Source: an uncultured Collinsella sp. (lineage in GTDB: Bacteria; Actinomycetota; Coriobacteriia; Coriobacteriales; Coriobacteriaceae). From it: a stretch of 64,000 nt of DNA. Below are positions 1-7,748 of the stretch, piece by piece (within the stretch, counting starts at the first letter, position 1; the number at the start of each line of letters is the position of its first letter). The translations under genes and the position numbers were made by a program. The stretch lies in assembly GCA_902494565.1 (NCBI GenBank), contig CABUTN010000001.1, positions 75,637-139,636 of the forward strand. Reading direction: 5' to 3'. A model generated the notes under the pieces. That model saw nothing but the letters and a program-made list of their open reading frames with translations, was not told the DNA's origin and searched no databases.

Positions 1-766
1 GCTCGAGCGCCTGCTCAAGGAATACCTCGTTGTCGGTGGCATGCCAGAAGTTGTCTCCGCTTTCGCCGCCTCCCACGATTTCATCGAGGCCCGCAGGCTT
101 CAGCAGCAAATCATCGAAGCTTATGAATCCGATTTTGGCAAGCATGCGCCAGCCCGCATCGTCGAGCGCATGAGGCTGGTTTGGAAATCCCTTCCCGGCC
201 AGCTCGCAAAGGAAAACAAGAAGTTCGTCTACGGCGCGCTTCGTCCCGGGGCGCGCGCACGCGATTTTGAGGAAAGCCTCCAGTGGCTCATGGACTATGG
301 AATCGTTCATAAGGTACCACGTGTTTCCGCCCTAAGAGCACCGCTCACAAGCTACGAGGATCTCTCGGGCTTCAAGCTGTTCTGCATCGACACCGGCATC
401 CTCGGAGCACTCTCCAGCCTCACGCCAGCCATTGTTCTGAACGGGCCCGCTGTTTTTACGGAGTTCAAAGGCTCGCTGACCGAGCAATACGTCGCACAGG
501 AGCTTTTGCTCCAAGGCAAAACTCCCGCGTATTGGTCATCCTCCTCCGGCAATGCAGAGACTGACTTTGCCATCGACCATGCGGGGACCGTGCTTCCGCT
601 CGAGGTCAAGGCGGCAGAGAACCTCAAAGCAAAGAGCCTGAGGATTGCCTGCGAGAAGTTCAAGCTCGAGCGCTGCGTGAGAACATCGTTAGCGGCATAT
701 AGAGACGAGGGCACGCTCGTCAACATTCCGCTCTGGGAGATTGGGCAAATCGACAAGCTGGCATAG
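1..766 (+). CDS. AAA+ ATPase, DUF4143-type C-terminal part (5' end lies outside the window)
   Basis: The reading frame is open to the window edge. The translation (..GGMPEVV..FKLFCIDTGIL..ETDFAI..LPLEVK..) resembles DUF4143 ATP-binding proteins. Confidence 0.6.
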   Translation, partial: LERLLKEYLVVGGMPEVVSAFAASHDFIEARRLQQQIIEAYESDFGKHAPARIVERMRLVWKSLPGQLAKENKKFVYGALRPGARARDFEESLQWLMDYGIVHKVPRVSALRAPLTSYEDLSGFKLFCIDTGILGALSSLTPAIVLNGPAVFTEFKGSLTEQYVAQELLLQGKTPAYWSSSSGNAETDFAIDHAGTVLPLEVKAAENLKAKSLRIACEKFKLERCVRTSLAAYRDEGTLVNIPLWEIGQIDKLA

Positions 767-979
767 GCGCTGTGGAGGGGGGTGCCCCGTAAGGAGTGTC
801 CCAAACTGCCGGCAAAAACGGAACGTCTCTATCTGCCGCATTCCCGAAGCAAGGCAACGCCGATGTTTTGGCAACGGCAGCGAGCGGGCCGCATTTGAGG
901 CAAGGTGACGTGAAACGAAAGGGCGCTGACCTTCCGGTCGCGCCCTTGAAGTTGAACGTCAGATTGTCCAAATACGGCC

Positions 980-1024
980 CGCGCAGCGTCGGCAGGTTAC
1001 GGCGTTTGGTAAAACGCCGTAACC
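980..1024 (-). repeat. Conserved 3' palindromic element, copy 1 (CGCGCAGCGTCG-N4-GTTACGGCGTTT GGTA AAACGCCGTAAC)
   Basis: Perfect 13-bp stem at 995-1007/1012-1024, abutting the lacC stop codon. A second copy with compensatory changes lies at 3207-3251. Confidence 0.7.
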
Positions 1025-1960
1025 CTAAAGCTCCGTTACTTCAACGTTGTTGTAGATCTCGTCCCAGCGGTCCATGACCAGGTGGCCGGTCTTGGGATCC
1101 ATGGCGTTGAGCTTGCCGCAGGTATTGGCGGTCTTGAGCACCGTGACGTCGTCGGCACCAGCCGCAATGGCATGCGCAAAGCCGGCGATGGTCGAGTCAC
1201 CGGAACCCGTTGCGTTCACAGCCGCAATCGCGGGCGTCTTGGCGCGGAACGCGCGGCCCTCATGGAAGCCCACCGAACCGGCAGCGCCCATCGAAACGAC
1301 AACCCAGGGAATACCGGCAAAGCGGTCATCGGCGGCAAGCGCCTCGCGCAGGGCATCGACATCATCGGTCGTAAAGGACGTACCCAGCAGGCCGTTAATC
1401 TCGGTCAGATTGGGCTTTACGAGCTCAGGCTTAGCGTCAGACTCCAGCGCGGCCTCCAGCGATGCACCCGAGGTGTCAAGCAGCACCTTGGTGCCCGCCT
1501 CCTCGGCGATCTTGACGAGCTCGGCATAGTAGCCGGCATCGACGCCACGCGGCAGCGAGCCCGAAAGCGTCACAACGTCCGCCTTCGCTGCAAGCTCGGC
1601 AAACTTGGCCGTAAAGGCCTCGAGCTCGGCCGGGGCGATCTGCGGACCGCTCTCCAGCAGCTCGGTCTGATTACCCTCGTGCAGGATATTCAGGCAAATA
1701 CGCGTCTCACCGGCGATGGGCACAAAGTCGTTCTTGACGCCATCGGCATCCATAAGCTCGGCCATATAGGCACCCATGTGGCCGCCGAGCAGACCGGTCG
1801 CGAGCACATCGTCGCCCAACTGCAGCAGCACACGGCTCACGTTGAGGCCCTTGCCGCCAGCGGTCTTTTCGGGCGTCACGCGGTTAACATCGTCGATGAT
1901 CAGCTTGTCGAGCTGATAGCGCGTATCAATCGACGGGTTCATGGTAACGGTCAGAATCAT
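1025..1960 (-). CDS. lacC: Tagatose-6-phosphate kinase / PfkB-family sugar-phosphate kinase
   Basis: MILTVTMNPSIDTRY..TAGGKGLNVSRV..NATGSGDS is the PfkB/LacC pattern. The ATG at 1960 is preceded by AGGAG. The ORF track starts 14 codons upstream of this. Confidence 0.8.
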   Translation of the reverse strand: MILTVTMNPSIDTRYQLDKLIIDDVNRVTPEKTAGGKGLNVSRVLLQLGDDVLATGLLGGHMGAYMAELMDADGVKNDFVPIAGETRICLNILHEGNQTELLESGPQIAPAELEAFTAKFAELAAKADVVTLSGSLPRGVDAGYYAELVKIAEEAGTKVLLDTSGASLEAALESDAKPELVKPNLTEINGLLGTSFTTDDVDALREALAADDRFAGIPWVVVSMGAAGSVGFHEGRAFRAKTPAIAAVNATGSGDSTIAGFAHAIAAGADDVTVLKTANTCGKLNAMDPKTGHLVMDRWDEIYNNVEVTEL

Positions 1961-2013
1961 GTTGAACTCCTGTTCCGGGGCGGCATAACCCGCCCCAAAC
2001 ATACGATAACTCG

Positions 2014-2895
2014 TTAAAGGATCTCGATCTCAAAGCCGCGAGTAACGGTCTCTCCCGGCTTGGCCACCAGGCAGCCACGCTTGTGCTCCAGAATATCGTC
2101 CTCGTCGGAGCAGGTGGACAGACCACCCCACGGTTCAACAGCCACAAAGTCGCCCTCGGGCTTGCTCCACACAATCAGGTACGGCATATCGGGGAACGTC
2201 AGGCGCACGCCCTTGTCCTCGGTTTTCTTGGTGAACGTAACCACACGGCTCTCCAGCACGTCGAAGATGGTCTCCGCGAAGCCGAAGAGTTCGTGAGTAA
2301 GCGGCAGGTTCTGGCCGATCATGGGGTTCTTGCTGCGATGCTCAACATCAATCAGGCCCGTCGAGGGAACGGCAGTACAGAGCTCGGTGGCCTCACGCTG
2401 CTCAAAACGGAGCTCGTAGTCGTCATAGGACTCGCCCTCGTCGAGCGGGCACTTAAAGCCGGGGTGGCCGCCCACAAAGAACGGCATGTCCTCGGTGCCC
2501 TCATTGGTCACCTCGTAGGACACGTTCACCTTTTCCGAATCGATCGTGTAACGAGCAACGATCTTAAACGGATACGGGTACTGCTCGAGCAACTCGGCAT
2601 GGTCGGCAGAGCTTAGGCTCAGCGCAACCATGTTGTCGCTCTGTTCCTCGAGCTTCCACTCCTGCTTGCGCGCAAAACCGTGGCGGGCGAGCTTTACCTC
2701 GCGGCCGCCCATGGTCATTGCGTGACCGTCACGAAGGCCGCCGCAGATCGGGAAGCAAATGGGTGCCTGGCCCGACCAGACCGCCGGGTCGCCCTGCCAC
2801 AGGTACTCGCGACCGTTGGCTTTAATCGAAGTGAACGATCCGCCAGCCGTGCTCAGTGCCACACGAATAGAACCGTTATCAAGAACAAACTCCAT
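2014..2895 (-). CDS. lacX: Aldose 1-epimerase family protein (LacX-like)
   Basis: ..YLWQGDPAVWSGQAPICFPICGGLRD..GGHPGF.. matches the LacX/mutarotase-like family. The ATG at 2895 is preceded by AAGGAG. Confidence 0.75.
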   Translation of the reverse strand: MEFVLDNGSIRVALSTAGGSFTSIKANGREYLWQGDPAVWSGQAPICFPICGGLRDGHAMTMGGREVKLARHGFARKQEWKLEEQSDNMVALSLSSADHAELLEQYPYPFKIVARYTIDSEKVNVSYEVTNEGTEDMPFFVGGHPGFKCPLDEGESYDDYELRFEQREATELCTAVPSTGLIDVEHRSKNPMIGQNLPLTHELFGFAETIFDVLESRVVTFTKKTEDKGVRLTFPDMPYLIVWSKPEGDFVAVEPWGGLSTCSDEDDILEHKRGCLVAKPGETVTRGFEIEIL

Positions 2896-3206
2896 GGGAA
2901 TCTTCTCCTTCACATATCATCTTGCACGATCCATTGCGAACGCCGTGCCTTTAGCACAAAGGTAATGAGGCGGCGCCGCACGCAAAAGAACAATGCACGC
3001 CAAGCCAATTGGGCTGATAGAAAACTGGCCCGCGCCCCATTACAGAAACGCGAGCCGTCAATTGAAAAGCTGCAGAATGCCGAGTACCGCCAAGAGCGAA
3101 GCACACAAGCTCAGCAAGCAAACGTGTTATCGGAGCAACTTGCCGTACCAGAACGCTTCGCAACAACAGCGGTAACCCCACAGGCACCCTCAACGTCAGC
3201 GAGCGT

Positions 3207-3251
3207 CGCGCAGCGTCGACCCGTTACGCGGTTTGGTAAAACCGCGTAACC
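3207..3251 (-). repeat. Conserved 3' palindromic element, copy 2 (CGCGCAGCGTCG-N4-GTTACGCGGTTT GGTA AAACCGCGTAAC)
   Basis: 12-bp stem at 3223-3234/3239-3250, 4 nt after the lacB stop (one spacer base beyond position 3251). Same architecture and loop as copy 1, with GC<->CG swaps in the stem. Confidence 0.7.
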
Positions 3252-3254
3252 TCC

Positions 3255-3779
3255 TTAGTCGTGGTATTCGCCGCGGTCCCACTTCTCGAGGAACTCGTCA
3301 AAGAAGTGCGGGTCAGCCTGAGCCTCGGCGTCGGCCTTATTGCAGGCGTCGATCTTGGCGATCAGGGCATCGTGCTCGGGGGTCTTCTCGTAGGGCTCCT
3401 CCAGGAAGGCAAGCATGATATCGGCCATCAGGAACTCGCCGGTAATCTTGCCGCCAAAGCCCACGATGTTGGCGTTGAGCTCGCGACGGGCATACAGGGC
3501 AGAGGTCATGTCGCGAACCAGGGCGCAGCGGGCGCCGGGAACCTTGTTGACGGCGTTGGTGATGCCGATGCCGGTGCCGCACAGGGCCACGCCAAAGTCG
3601 GCCTTGCCGCTGGCAACAGCCTCGCCCACGGCCTTACCGTAGATGGGATAGTGCGTACGGGTGTGGCTGTAGGTACCGCAGTCGAGCACCTTGTAGCCAG
3701 CCTGCTCCAGGCGGTCGGCCAGATAGATCTTCTCGTCCGTAACGATATGGTCGCAACCGATTGCGATGGTCTTCTTCAT
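3255..3779 (-). CDS. lacB: Galactose-6-phosphate isomerase subunit B (RpiB/LacA/LacB family)
   Basis: [20 protein letters not shown]..; 174 aa; RBS AAAGGA. Confidence 0.85.
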   Translation of the reverse strand: MKKTIAIGCDHIVTDEKIYLADRLEQAGYKVLDCGTYSHTRTHYPIYGKAVGEAVASGKADFGVALCGTGIGITNAVNKVPGARCALVRDMTSALYARRELNANIVGFGGKITGEFLMADIMLAFLEEPYEKTPEHDALIAKIDACNKADAEAQADPHFFDEFLEKWDRGEYHD

Positions 3780-3842
3780 CAGAACGTCCTTTCGTCTGAA
3801 TTCACAAGTTGAGGTAGAAGTTCGAGTTCTCGGTGGCTCTCG

Positions 3843-4271
3843 TTAGGCCATCTTGTTGAGCATGTCGACACGGATCTGGTGACGGCCGCCGGCGTACTGG
3901 GCGCGCAGGAACTCGCGGGCGATCTTCTTGGCGACCTCGGTGCCCACAACGCCCGGGCCCATGGTGACCATGCGCGAGCCGTTGTGCTCGCGGGTCATGT
4001 AGGCGGAACGCTCGTCGGAAATGTTGGCGACGACCATGCCCTTGATCTTGACGGCGGCCATATAGGAGCCGACGCCGTACTTATCGAATGCGAAGCCCTG
4101 GGAATCCTTGTGCTCCAGCAGGTCCTTGGCAACGGCGGTCGCGGAATCGACAAAGTCCGCGGCAGGGGTCTCGGAATAGTCGACGACCTCGTGACCGTCG
4201 GCGATGAGCATCTCCTTGATGGACTCCTTCATCGACATACCGTCGGCATCGGAAGCGATTACAACCCTCAT
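3843..4271 (-). CDS. lacA: Galactose-6-phosphate isomerase subunit A
   Basis: 142 aa RpiB/LacA/LacB-family translation directly upstream of lacB; RBS AAGGAGG. Confidence 0.8.
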   Translation of the reverse strand: MRVVIASDADGMSMKESIKEMLIADGHEVVDYSETPAADFVDSATAVAKDLLEHKDSQGFAFDKYGVGSYMAAVKIKGMVVANISDERSAYMTREHNGSRMVTMGPGVVGTEVAKKIAREFLRAQYAGGRHQIRVDMLNKMA

Positions 4272-4502
4272 GACATCCTCCTTGAGAGATACGCAGGTGC
4301 GTAGTTTCTGTTTGGAAGTGTTGAATCGCGTTCAGGTCCGGGCATCTGAATGTGCGGTTCTTCACTGTTCATGTTTATTTGAACACATTCGAACAGTAAC
4401 TGCAACAACTATTTGTTTATCTTTGTTCTTTTTTGAACAAATACCGTTCACGGATGATTGCTGACCGTTTGAGCCGGGCGCGGACGCAGCGACCATGTGT
4501 TC

Positions 4503-4542
4503 AACAAACAAAAGGGCGACCGAGAACGCGTCTCGGCCGCCC
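4503..4542 (-). terminator. Intrinsic terminator after the membrane-protein gene
   Basis: GGGCGGCCGAGA CGCG TTCTCGGTCGCCC followed by TTTTGTTTG on the minus strand. Confidence 0.7.
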
Positions 4543-4578
4543 TTCGGCGGTATTCCCCGGTATATACAGCTGTTTTAG

Positions 4579-5610
4579 CTACTCGGACTGCCCGCCCTTT
4601 TTGGCGTGCTTGGAAGGAGCACTCAAGAAACGGCCCGTCAAATAGTTCGCCGGGCCGGAAATATCGATCCCCAGCAGCACGTGTCCTAGCCATAGGAACG
4701 CCACGAGCACCAGCAGCGGGATAACGCACGAGGTCACGATCATCACGATGACGCCTTCAATCAGATCGGTCACCTGCCGCACGATCTCATCGGTCATCTG
4801 CTTGGCGCCGCTGGTCACCGACGTAACAAGGCTCGATGCCCCATCAGTCAACTGCTCGAGCACGTTTTTGGACTCCGTGGCCTCGGATTTTTTCTTGTTC
4901 GATTTTGAGCTGGTCTCGGCTGACTTGTCCGTGGTGTCGGCCGCGTCCGCAGCGTCCGCAGCCTTTTGCTCAGCTTGCTCAATACTTACGCGATACGTTT
5001 CATCGACCTTCTGCGACACCCATACGCTCGCGGGCACGAGCGCCATGCCGATCACGGCAACCACCAGCACGCGCGTCGCCACACGGCGCAGGACAGCGCT
5101 CGTGCTCCAGCGCCCGTGAATGCCGAGCGACACCGCAAAGAGCGCCAACGCAAACGGGATTAAGATGCCCAGGCCAACCGACCACAAAATCGTGAGCAAA
5201 TATTTCTCTAGGTATAGCACGGCAAGCACGATACCAAGGTTGCCTGAAAGCTGCGCGAGCTGCTCGGCAACCGGCGTTCCCGTATCACCCGGCAGCGCGG
5301 TAATGCCCGCAGACAGCGCCACGCACGAGGTCGTGAGCGCCAGTACGTTTCCTTTCTTTTGATCGATGACCTCGATGGTGGAGTCCCAAGTTTTGGTATC
5401 GGCGAAATGCGGACGAGCCACAAAGCCCGACAGCAGCGCCAGCACCACGAGCGCAACGATAAAGCCAATCTGCAGCTTTTTGTTTGCGCACACGACATCG
5501 GACAGACTGGGCTGCAGCTCGGTTACCGTCGTGTGCTCGGTTATCTGGACAGGACGCCCATGAGCCATCTCGTGCGCGCCTCTTTTTTGTATTGACCCGT
5601 TATCCGGCAT
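4579..5610 (-). CDS. Hypothetical multi-pass membrane protein with a charged Ala/Asp/Lys/Ser-rich loop
   Basis: 343-aa ORF with RBS GAGGAGG, several hydrophobic segments, and no family I can recognise. Confidence 0.6.
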   Translation of the reverse strand: MPDNGSIQKRGAHEMAHGRPVQITEHTTVTELQPSLSDVVCANKKLQIGFIVALVVLALLSGFVARPHFADTKTWDSTIEVIDQKKGNVLALTTSCVALSAGITALPGDTGTPVAEQLAQLSGNLGIVLAVLYLEKYLLTILWSVGLGILIPFALALFAVSLGIHGRWSTSAVLRRVATRVLVVAVIGMALVPASVWVSQKVDETYRVSIEQAEQKAADAADAADTTDKSAETSSKSNKKKSEATESKNVLEQLTDGASSLVTSVTSGAKQMTDEIVRQVTDLIEGVIVMIVTSCVIPLLVLVAFLWLGHVLLGIDISGPANYLTGRFLSAPSKHAKKGGQSE

Positions 5611-5833
5611 TTGGATACCTCCTCAGTCCGGCGTTTAATGCGAAAGGAAGTATACCCACCGAGCAAAAATCGAACGGGAGGACGAACGGAGCGCACCAAG
5701 ACTGTCCCCAATGACTAGTCGTTTAAGAACGTCCCCAATGACTATATTTCACCGCAACTTGGAGGAGGACAGAAAAAGCCCTGCCGCGGGTAGCTGCAGA
5801 GCTTTTGGAAGGGGACTTGGTTGTGAGGGCTCG

Positions 5834-6172
5834 TTAGGCGAGCTTGGCCTCGAGCTCGGCAATGCGCTTGTAGGCATCGATGGTAAAGCGGGCCTGCTTC
5901 TCCAGGATCATAGTGGTCATGAGAGTGTCCTGAGCGTGAGCCATGATGAAGGTCATCTCCATCTCGCCACCGCCGGCCTCCTGCGAAAGCAGCTTGGTCT
6001 GCGTGTCGTGGGCACCGATGAGCGCATCGCTGGCATCCTTGTGCAGCTGCTCGGCCTTCTCAAAGTCACCCTCGCGAGCAGCATCGAGCGCTGCAAGCAG
6101 ATCGGTCTGGGCGTCACCTGCGTATGCGACGATCTCGAATCCAACCATCGAGATTTCTTCTTTGGTTGCCAT
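5834..6172 (-). CDS. PTS lactose/cellobiose-family EIIA
   Basis: 112 aa; ..AYAGDAQTDLLAALDAAREGDFEKAEQL..HAQDTLMT.. is typical of LacF/ChbA-type IIA. Confidence 0.85.
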   Translation of the reverse strand: MATKEEISMVGFEIVAYAGDAQTDLLAALDAAREGDFEKAEQLHKDASDALIGAHDTQTKLLSQEAGGGEMEMTFIMAHAQDTLMTTMILEKQARFTIDAYKRIAELEAKLA

Positions 6173-6386
6173 GTTGCGTTCCTTTCACATATGAACCAAT
6201 GGAGAGCATCGCGTCCGGGCATACGCGCTGCGTTGTGTATGACAGAAACAATAACATTCAAACAAAAAAGAACAGCGCAAAACGTAATTTCGAGCTATGA
6301 ACGGTCACTTTTCGACCGTGAACGGTTTTTAAACCAATTTAAACAATATCGAACACAATTAGCGGAAACCCAAACAGACCCGCGCC

Positions 6387-7391
6387 CTAGCGTACATCGC
6401 GCACCGTATCGCCCTCGACGAGCACGCCCGGAAACAGCATGTGCTCCACACCGGGTTCAACGCCCTCGGCGCCGGCAATCTTGTCAACCGCCCACATGCC
6501 GACGCGCTTGTTGTCAAAGCGCACCGTGGTCAAGCGACAATCGGGCACGATATCGCCCAGGCTGTCATCAACACCCACCACGCTCACGTCCTGGGGCACG
6601 CACTTCCCGCGCGACTCGAGCCCACGGATGCAGCCATATGCCATGGCATCGTTGGAGGCATAAATGGCCGTGCAGGTCGGATCATCCGCAAGCGCCTGGC
6701 CGGCAGCATATCCACTCTGCGCCGTCCAGTCGCCACGCACGAGCTGCGGGGGCTCAATGCCATGCGCACGCAATGTCTCACGCCAGCCTTCCTCGCGCCG
6801 CATGCCCGAAAGCGAGCGCTCGGGACACGAGATAAAGTGCACAGTCTTGTGTCCCTGCCCCAGCAAATACTCGACCACCTGGCGCGAACAATCGAACTGG
6901 TCGTTATCGACCGTTGAACAGAGCGGGTGCTCCAACATCGTAACGAGCACCGTCTGCATGCCGGGCAGCGGCTCGAAGGTTCCAAAGTCCGCCGGCATGC
7001 GGTTCATAATCACAACCATGCCATCCACCGGCAGTGCGCTCATGCGCGACGATGCGCTCTCGAGGGTATACGGATGCCCGTCTACTTTAGTGAGGGTGAT
7101 GGCATAGCCATGTTTGTCGGCCGCTGCGGCAAAGCCCTCCATACGGTCGAGATTGCCGGTGCCGGTAATGTTGAACATGGCGACGCCGACGGTCTTAAAC
7201 TTGCCACGGCGCAACGATCGACCGGCAAAATTGGGGCGATACCCCAGCTCGCGCATGGCGGCACGCACGCGTTCCTTGGTCTCGGGGCGCACGCTGGGCG
7301 AATCGTGCACCGTACGCGAGACTGTCTGCTCCGAGACGCCCGCGAGGCGCGCTACGTCTTTGACGGATACCGATTTTTTAACAGCGGCCAT
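6387..7391 (-). CDS. LacI-family transcriptional regulator (cassette 1)
   Basis: N-terminal HTH VSVKDVARLAGVSEQTVSRTV plus a periplasmic-binding-like sugar domain. Confidence 0.85.
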   Translation of the reverse strand: MAAVKKSVSVKDVARLAGVSEQTVSRTVHDSPSVRPETKERVRAAMRELGYRPNFAGRSLRRGKFKTVGVAMFNITGTGNLDRMEGFAAAADKHGYAITLTKVDGHPYTLESASSRMSALPVDGMVVIMNRMPADFGTFEPLPGMQTVLVTMLEHPLCSTVDNDQFDCSRQVVEYLLGQGHKTVHFISCPERSLSGMRREEGWRETLRAHGIEPPQLVRGDWTAQSGYAAGQALADDPTCTAIYASNDAMAYGCIRGLESRGKCVPQDVSVVGVDDSLGDIVPDCRLTTVRFDNKRVGMWAVDKIAGAEGVEPGVEHMLFPGVLVEGDTVRDVR

Positions 7392-7549
7392 AGGTCGATC
7401 TTTCTATGTCAACGATGCCATTGGTGGCACCTTGCGCAGTCAAATGAAACGTCTTCAAGTATATCCAACGCCTCCCCCACCATACGTTCACCACCCAAAA
7501 CCTACCGTTCACCGACATTTTTGCTTCCCCGAACGGCTTTTGTCTACCA

Positions 7550-7567
7550 AATGTTAACGTTGCCATT
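7550..7567. promoter_or_regulatory. Candidate LacI-type operator AATGTTAACGTTGCCATT
   Basis: Pseudo-palindrome centred on AACGTT. An inverted partner AATGGCAACGTCAACATT lies at 7670-7687, upstream of EIICB-1. Confidence 0.5.
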
Positions 7568-7669
7568 GTGCAAACACAGAGCCACCGGGCGGCTCAAACG
7601 TTTACGCGTAAGGAATCGACGGTTCGCAGGCACAGGAACCACTGGTTCGCGTCTTTTTTTGTGTCGCAA

Positions 7670-7687
7670 AATGGCAACGTCAACATT
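7670..7687. promoter_or_regulatory. Candidate LacI-type operator AATGGCAACGTCAACATT
   Basis: Near reverse-complement of the 7550-7567 site, 62 bp upstream of the EIICB-1 start. Confidence 0.5.
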
Positions 7688-7748
7688 TTGGCAACCGGAC
7701 GCCAAAAGCTACCATCGTTGCTAACCCACCGACTCTTAGGAGCATTGC

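Noticed and set aside
2896-3254. Possible missed gene (for example lacD) in the 360-bp lacB-lacX gap.
   Set aside because: There is no ORF with an RBS or a recognisable translation in any frame, only shadow ORFs. I treated it as untranslated spacer or promoter containing copy 2 of the conserved hairpin.
7392-7748. PRD-antiterminator (RAT) or sigma-54/LevR-type control of the PTS operons.
   Set aside because: There is no BglG/LicT- or LevR-type gene in the window, and I could not see a TGGCAC-N5-TTGC element or a RAT-like stem overlapping a terminator. LacI, GntR and DeoR regulators with palindromic operators are present instead.
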